A stretch of DNA of 64,000 nt. Source: Euglena gracilis. Its lineage: Eukaryota. The notes beneath the pieces are model-generated. The model searched no databases. It was not told the origin of the DNA and saw nothing but the letters and a program-made list of their open reading frames with translations. Below, one piece after another: positions 60,301 through 64,000 of this stretch (position 1 is the first letter of the stretch; each line of letters opens with the position of its first letter). The DNA lies in assembly GCA_039621445.1 (NCBI GenBank), contig CP154954.1, positions 27,268,123-27,332,122 on the forward strand, in the 5' to 3' direction. Both the position numbers and the translations under genes were made by a program.

Positions 60301-63300
60301 TATAGCGGACCGCCGCCTCCGGCGGCGGGGGGTGCGCTTCTATTTGGACCCCAGCCGCGCGATTTTGGTTGATTTCCTTTAGAAATCCCATCAAAATGGG
60401 GGGTGCGCTTGTAGCGGACCGCCGCCTTCGGCGGCGCGGGGTGCGCTTTTATTTGGACCCTGTGCTTGCTTGTAGTGGCCCCGTGCTTCTATTAGGGGGG
60501 TTCGTTCCACTCAATCCCGCCTCCCTGGGGGATTTCGTTGGGATGTTTTGGTAGTTTTATTTGTGCGGATGCGAGTTCTGGATCCCCCATGAAAAAGGAC
60601 TAGGGTTTGGGACAAGGAATAGAGTCAGGGCCTAAATCCATAACCCTGGCCCCTATCCTTGTCTTCAACACCATTCTTCCGAATCGGTATCCGGAAAATC
60701 AACTGAAACCCAGTGAAATAAGGTTGATTCCCGGGACCACTAAAATCCGGGTACCGGTGCGCCATGCTTTGGGTGACGGGTCCGGTACCAGGCCCCCCGT
60801 CATACTTAGTATGAGGCTGCCGTGTTTCTTTCAGTTGATTTGTCCCGACCACATGCATCCCAGATGAACCTCCTTGAGTTGTGAAAGGCCGATCAATTAT
60901 GGTACAGTAATAATTTCAGTGGTTAGTTTCCGATTTGAGCTATTTGTCCATCCAAACAGAAGCTGCATCTGATGCCTCCCATTTCCTCACACGTGCAGGG
61001 CAAGTTCAAGTATCAGCATGACACAGGAAAGGATTTGAAATACATCCATGTGTTCCCCTTCGTCAAAATTCAAGAAGAATCTGACGGCACCATGAGGATC
61101 GCTGGTGTGCAGTGATACGCAAGGTGCATGCGATGCTTTGTTTTTAAAACCCATTTCTCAAAGGATTTAAAAGTCAATGTTTGTGCTCATCGTCCGAGTT
61201 GGTGCACCTTTCTCCCAAACACCGAAAAGTTTTATTGCATATGGTTTGAGATTTGCATTTGGAATGTATTCTCAGCAGCTTCCCGCAGGGGAACCTAGGC
61301 CCCTGGGACTGGGCCCAGCCGGAGGTCAAACGGGGTACCAAAGAATCAAAGCTGAAAAAATGCCTCAAAAATGCCTGCAAATGAAGCAAAAAAAATGCTC
61401 TGTTTACCAAAAATTTGAGCTGGGCAGCCTTTCCAACTGTTTATTTTTTTGCTCATTTGATCCATCTCATTTGGTTTCAGATGGGTGCAGGGCGTCCACC
61501 TCCTGGTCTGCACGGACCCACGCCCACCAAGGCTTTTGCACTGGAAAATGTTCATAATGGACTTAAATGAACCAAAATTAAATTTTGGGGTGGTGAGGGG
61601 GGTGGGGACATAAGTCGGCCAGGGCACTTTTTCAGTGGGGGGCCGTCGCCCCCGGGGCACAACGCAGGCTGAAAATTCCCCAACAAACCCTTGTGACATT
61701 TTTTTTGTGTTTCTGTTGCAGGGTATCGAGTGGATGACATGCCCCCCGAGATCAAGTGCACGCTGTGCGAAATGGAAACCTTCAAGGACCTTGTGAAGCA
61801 GAAGTGCCCCACCTTCACGCAGGTCTATTGCATGATCACTTCTCTTGTGCATTTCGTTTGTGGGATTGCTTAATCTCAGTCGAAGTTGTGTGGTATGGAT
61901 CCTTGCACTGCGCACAATTGTTCTGGGTTTCGCGCACGTTAACAAGTGCCAGTTTTTTCCCCACGTCAACGGCCAATTGCCAGCTGGGGATCACAGTGCC
62001 CCCCCTTTCTTGTTCGGTCGACCTGCCTCCCGGTCCCCCCGAACACACAATCAAGGGGGGGACAATCATGGGGCACCAAGGGAAAAGTCAAGGCACGGCC
62101 AAGACAAAGAACCTTCTGTCGGTGGTTCCCAGGGACAACTGGGGGGGGGGCAATGGGGGGTATTTCCAACTCTTCATTTGTCCCCACTGACTTTCCTTTG
62201 TATCCGGTCGCTGAAGGACGACTGGCTGGTTTTTTTTTTGATTTGGTGGACGCCAATCGGGGAAAAAAAACGTGCGAACATTTAGGCAAAAATGGGCTCG
62301 AAATTCGGCTGCCTCGCCCAAAATTTTTGGTTTTTTTTTCCATCCTTTCAGTTGTCATTATATATTAAAAATATTATTATTGCCATTCAAAATTCTGTAT
62401 TTTTATCACATATTGGTATTGTTATTGTAATTTTATTATTATGTTATTTATGCATATAAACCTACATTAGATCTCAATTGGTTTTGTCTCAAGGAAGGAC
62501 AACTGAATTGAGACCACCCACCACTCTCAGTCAGTCACCAGTCGGAAACCACCCCAGCAGTTACCCCCCTAAAACCCCGCCAGGATATGCACCATGGCGG
62601 GGCGAACCCCCACCACTGGGGGTTGATGGATGGCCCGACCGAACCCTTTGGGCCGCCTCCCCCCCCCCCCCCGGGTCGTCCTCAGAAGCGCTGCCTTTTG
62701 AAGGCCATGAAGGGCGTCCAGGGCCGCTTCGAAGAGTTCGAGCAGCGCATGGCCGCCCTGCGGCCCGGCTGCTTTGTGGGGGCGGGCCCACTGACGGGGC
62801 CGGGGCCATTCCCTGCCGTGGGGGGGGGGTAGGACGGCCCAAGGTTGGCCTGGAGGGACCTCGCCCAACCTCCACCCACCGCGTTTCCAACCCGGGGTTC
62901 CCTTAAGGTGGAGGGGACCCTACCCCCTGGGGGGGGTCCAGCCAAGCCAGCACCGTTTTTCCAGCCAGCACCTCCCAGCTTGGCTGTGGACCTCCCCCCT
63001 CCCCCGGGTCCGCTGAAACAAAGTTCGGGGAAGCCCGGCGAAGCCGGGCAGGACCGAATTTTTTTTGGCGTCACGCCAGAAATTTCGAGAATGCCCCAAA
63101 AGGCATTTTTGGGTCCTTTTTGGGGTTTTTGCCTCCAAATTTTGGCTGAGTAATGCCAACCTGGCTGCATTTGGGCTTTTCCGGACATTTTTTTGCGTAC
63201 CTGCCGAGTCCGGCTCCCAGCCGGCCGGAACCCCCACCCCACCCCTGGACCCCTACCCCCCAGTGGGGGGAGTCCAGTCAGCACCTTTTTTCCCAGCCAG

Positions 63301-63533
63301 CACCTTTTTCCAGCCGGCCCACAGGACCCCCCCACGCCCTTAAGAAAACACCTGTTCCCAACTGTGCCTGGCCGCAAAGGAGCCGGGGGGTAGCCGTTGA
63401 CGGCCGAGGAGCAGGAGCTGTATGAGGGGCAGGTGGCCATGGGCAGGGCAGGCTGAAGTGGGGGGGGGGGACAGTCGTCAGTCTGCTCTGAGGAAGGCTG
63501 AGAAGATGGACGACCTGACCAAGCAAGTGCAAG
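57396..63533 (+). CDS. Uncharacterised protein gene, at least 8 exons, probably continuing beyond the window
   Basis: Exons 57396-57532, 58438-58489, 58650-58733, 60999-61104, 61722-61822, 62686-62761, 63392-63426, 63491-63533 splice in frame: MAALAKQ..VTFVVGGGKKVRQKYSPDLPKFLSDALRAVGYEEDKG..GKFKYQHDTGKDLKYIHVFP..MAALQPLTAEEQELYERKAEKMDDL. From memory it resembles a conserved protist protein; not verified. Confidence 0.85.
58490..58649 (+). other. Euglenid nonconventional intron
   Basis: No GT-AG at these ends; catgcttc (+4 onward) pairs with ggagcatg (to -6); removal gives KYSP|DLPK. Confidence 0.7.
62762..63391 (+). other. Euglenid nonconventional intron
   Basis: Y|R...Y|R junctions; ccggctgctttgtgg pairs with ccgcaaaggagccgg in the +4/-6 register; removal gives MAAL-Q-PLTAEE. 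Confidence 0.85.
63427..63490 (+). other. Euglenid nonconventional intron (64 nt)
   Basis: CAG at +4..+6 and CTG at -8..-6 with an extended stem; removal gives ELYE|RKAEK. Confidence 0.75.
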
Positions 63534-63594
63534 GTGCGCCATTGCAGTCCCGCCCACAGAACGGACAAGCTGTGCAGCCATACTCTCATCATAG

Positions 63595-63814
63595 CAGGGG
63601 TTTTTTTTCTTGGACCCCGGGGGGGAGGGGGGGTAGGGCAGGTGGGTCCGGCCGAGACCCCCCCCCGGGGGATATACTTTTTGGCGCCGAAATTTTTTGA
63701 AAAGGGTGCTATTTTTAGCATTTTTGCAATTTTTGGCCATTTTGGGGGAAATGTTGGTGGGTCCCCCCCCCCGACCTCTCCAGGCCCCCTCCCCTCAGTC
63801 TTAAAAAACCCCTG
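63595..63814. mobile_element. hAT-like MITE, 8-bp TSD CATCATA(G/A)
   Basis: Ends caggggtttttt / aaaaaacccctg; same family as 297-545. Confidence 0.8.
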
Positions 63815-64000
63815 CATCATAATTTTGTCCCTTGCTCCAACGTTTTCTGATTTTTTTCTTTGCCTCTGCCAATGCGTTACTCATCTTCCTCCTCGGTGGC
63901 AACAGGACCGAAATGCTCCCCCCCCCCCCGGCTCTGATGCCAGAGGCTCCACAGAGGCAACCAATTTTGTTTGCAGGCATGTCTGAAAAAAAAAACCAGG

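Overview
Eukaryotic nuclear DNA, very probably from a euglenid. A perfect Euglena-type spliced-leader (SL) 28-mer lies at 11506-11533 (minus strand), and one gene has euglenid-type non-GT-AG introns. The first ~22 kb is a nest of decayed transposons: (1) a 5'-truncated Ty3/Gypsy chromovirus with a 3' LTR and, unusually, an N6-adenine DNA methyltransferase domain between protease and RT; (2) three CRE/SLACS-like RLE non-LTR copies, one headed by the SL and carrying a 2A ribosome-skip motif; (3) two related Crypton-like tyrosine-recombinase elements with inverted repeats, one ending in a PHD finger, next to a ~100-bp palindrome. The rest holds two host genes whose small exons are scattered among GC-homopolymer-rich MITEs: a multi-RanBP2-zinc-finger gene (~24.8-47.7 kb) and an uncharacterised protein gene (57.4 kb to the window end) mixing GT-AG and nonconventional introns. 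Many MITEs have CAG...CTG ends and 8-bp TSDs, which exactly fits nonconventional-intron geometry. Most short ORFs in the track are spurious. All calls are by-eye motif recognition; no database searches were run.
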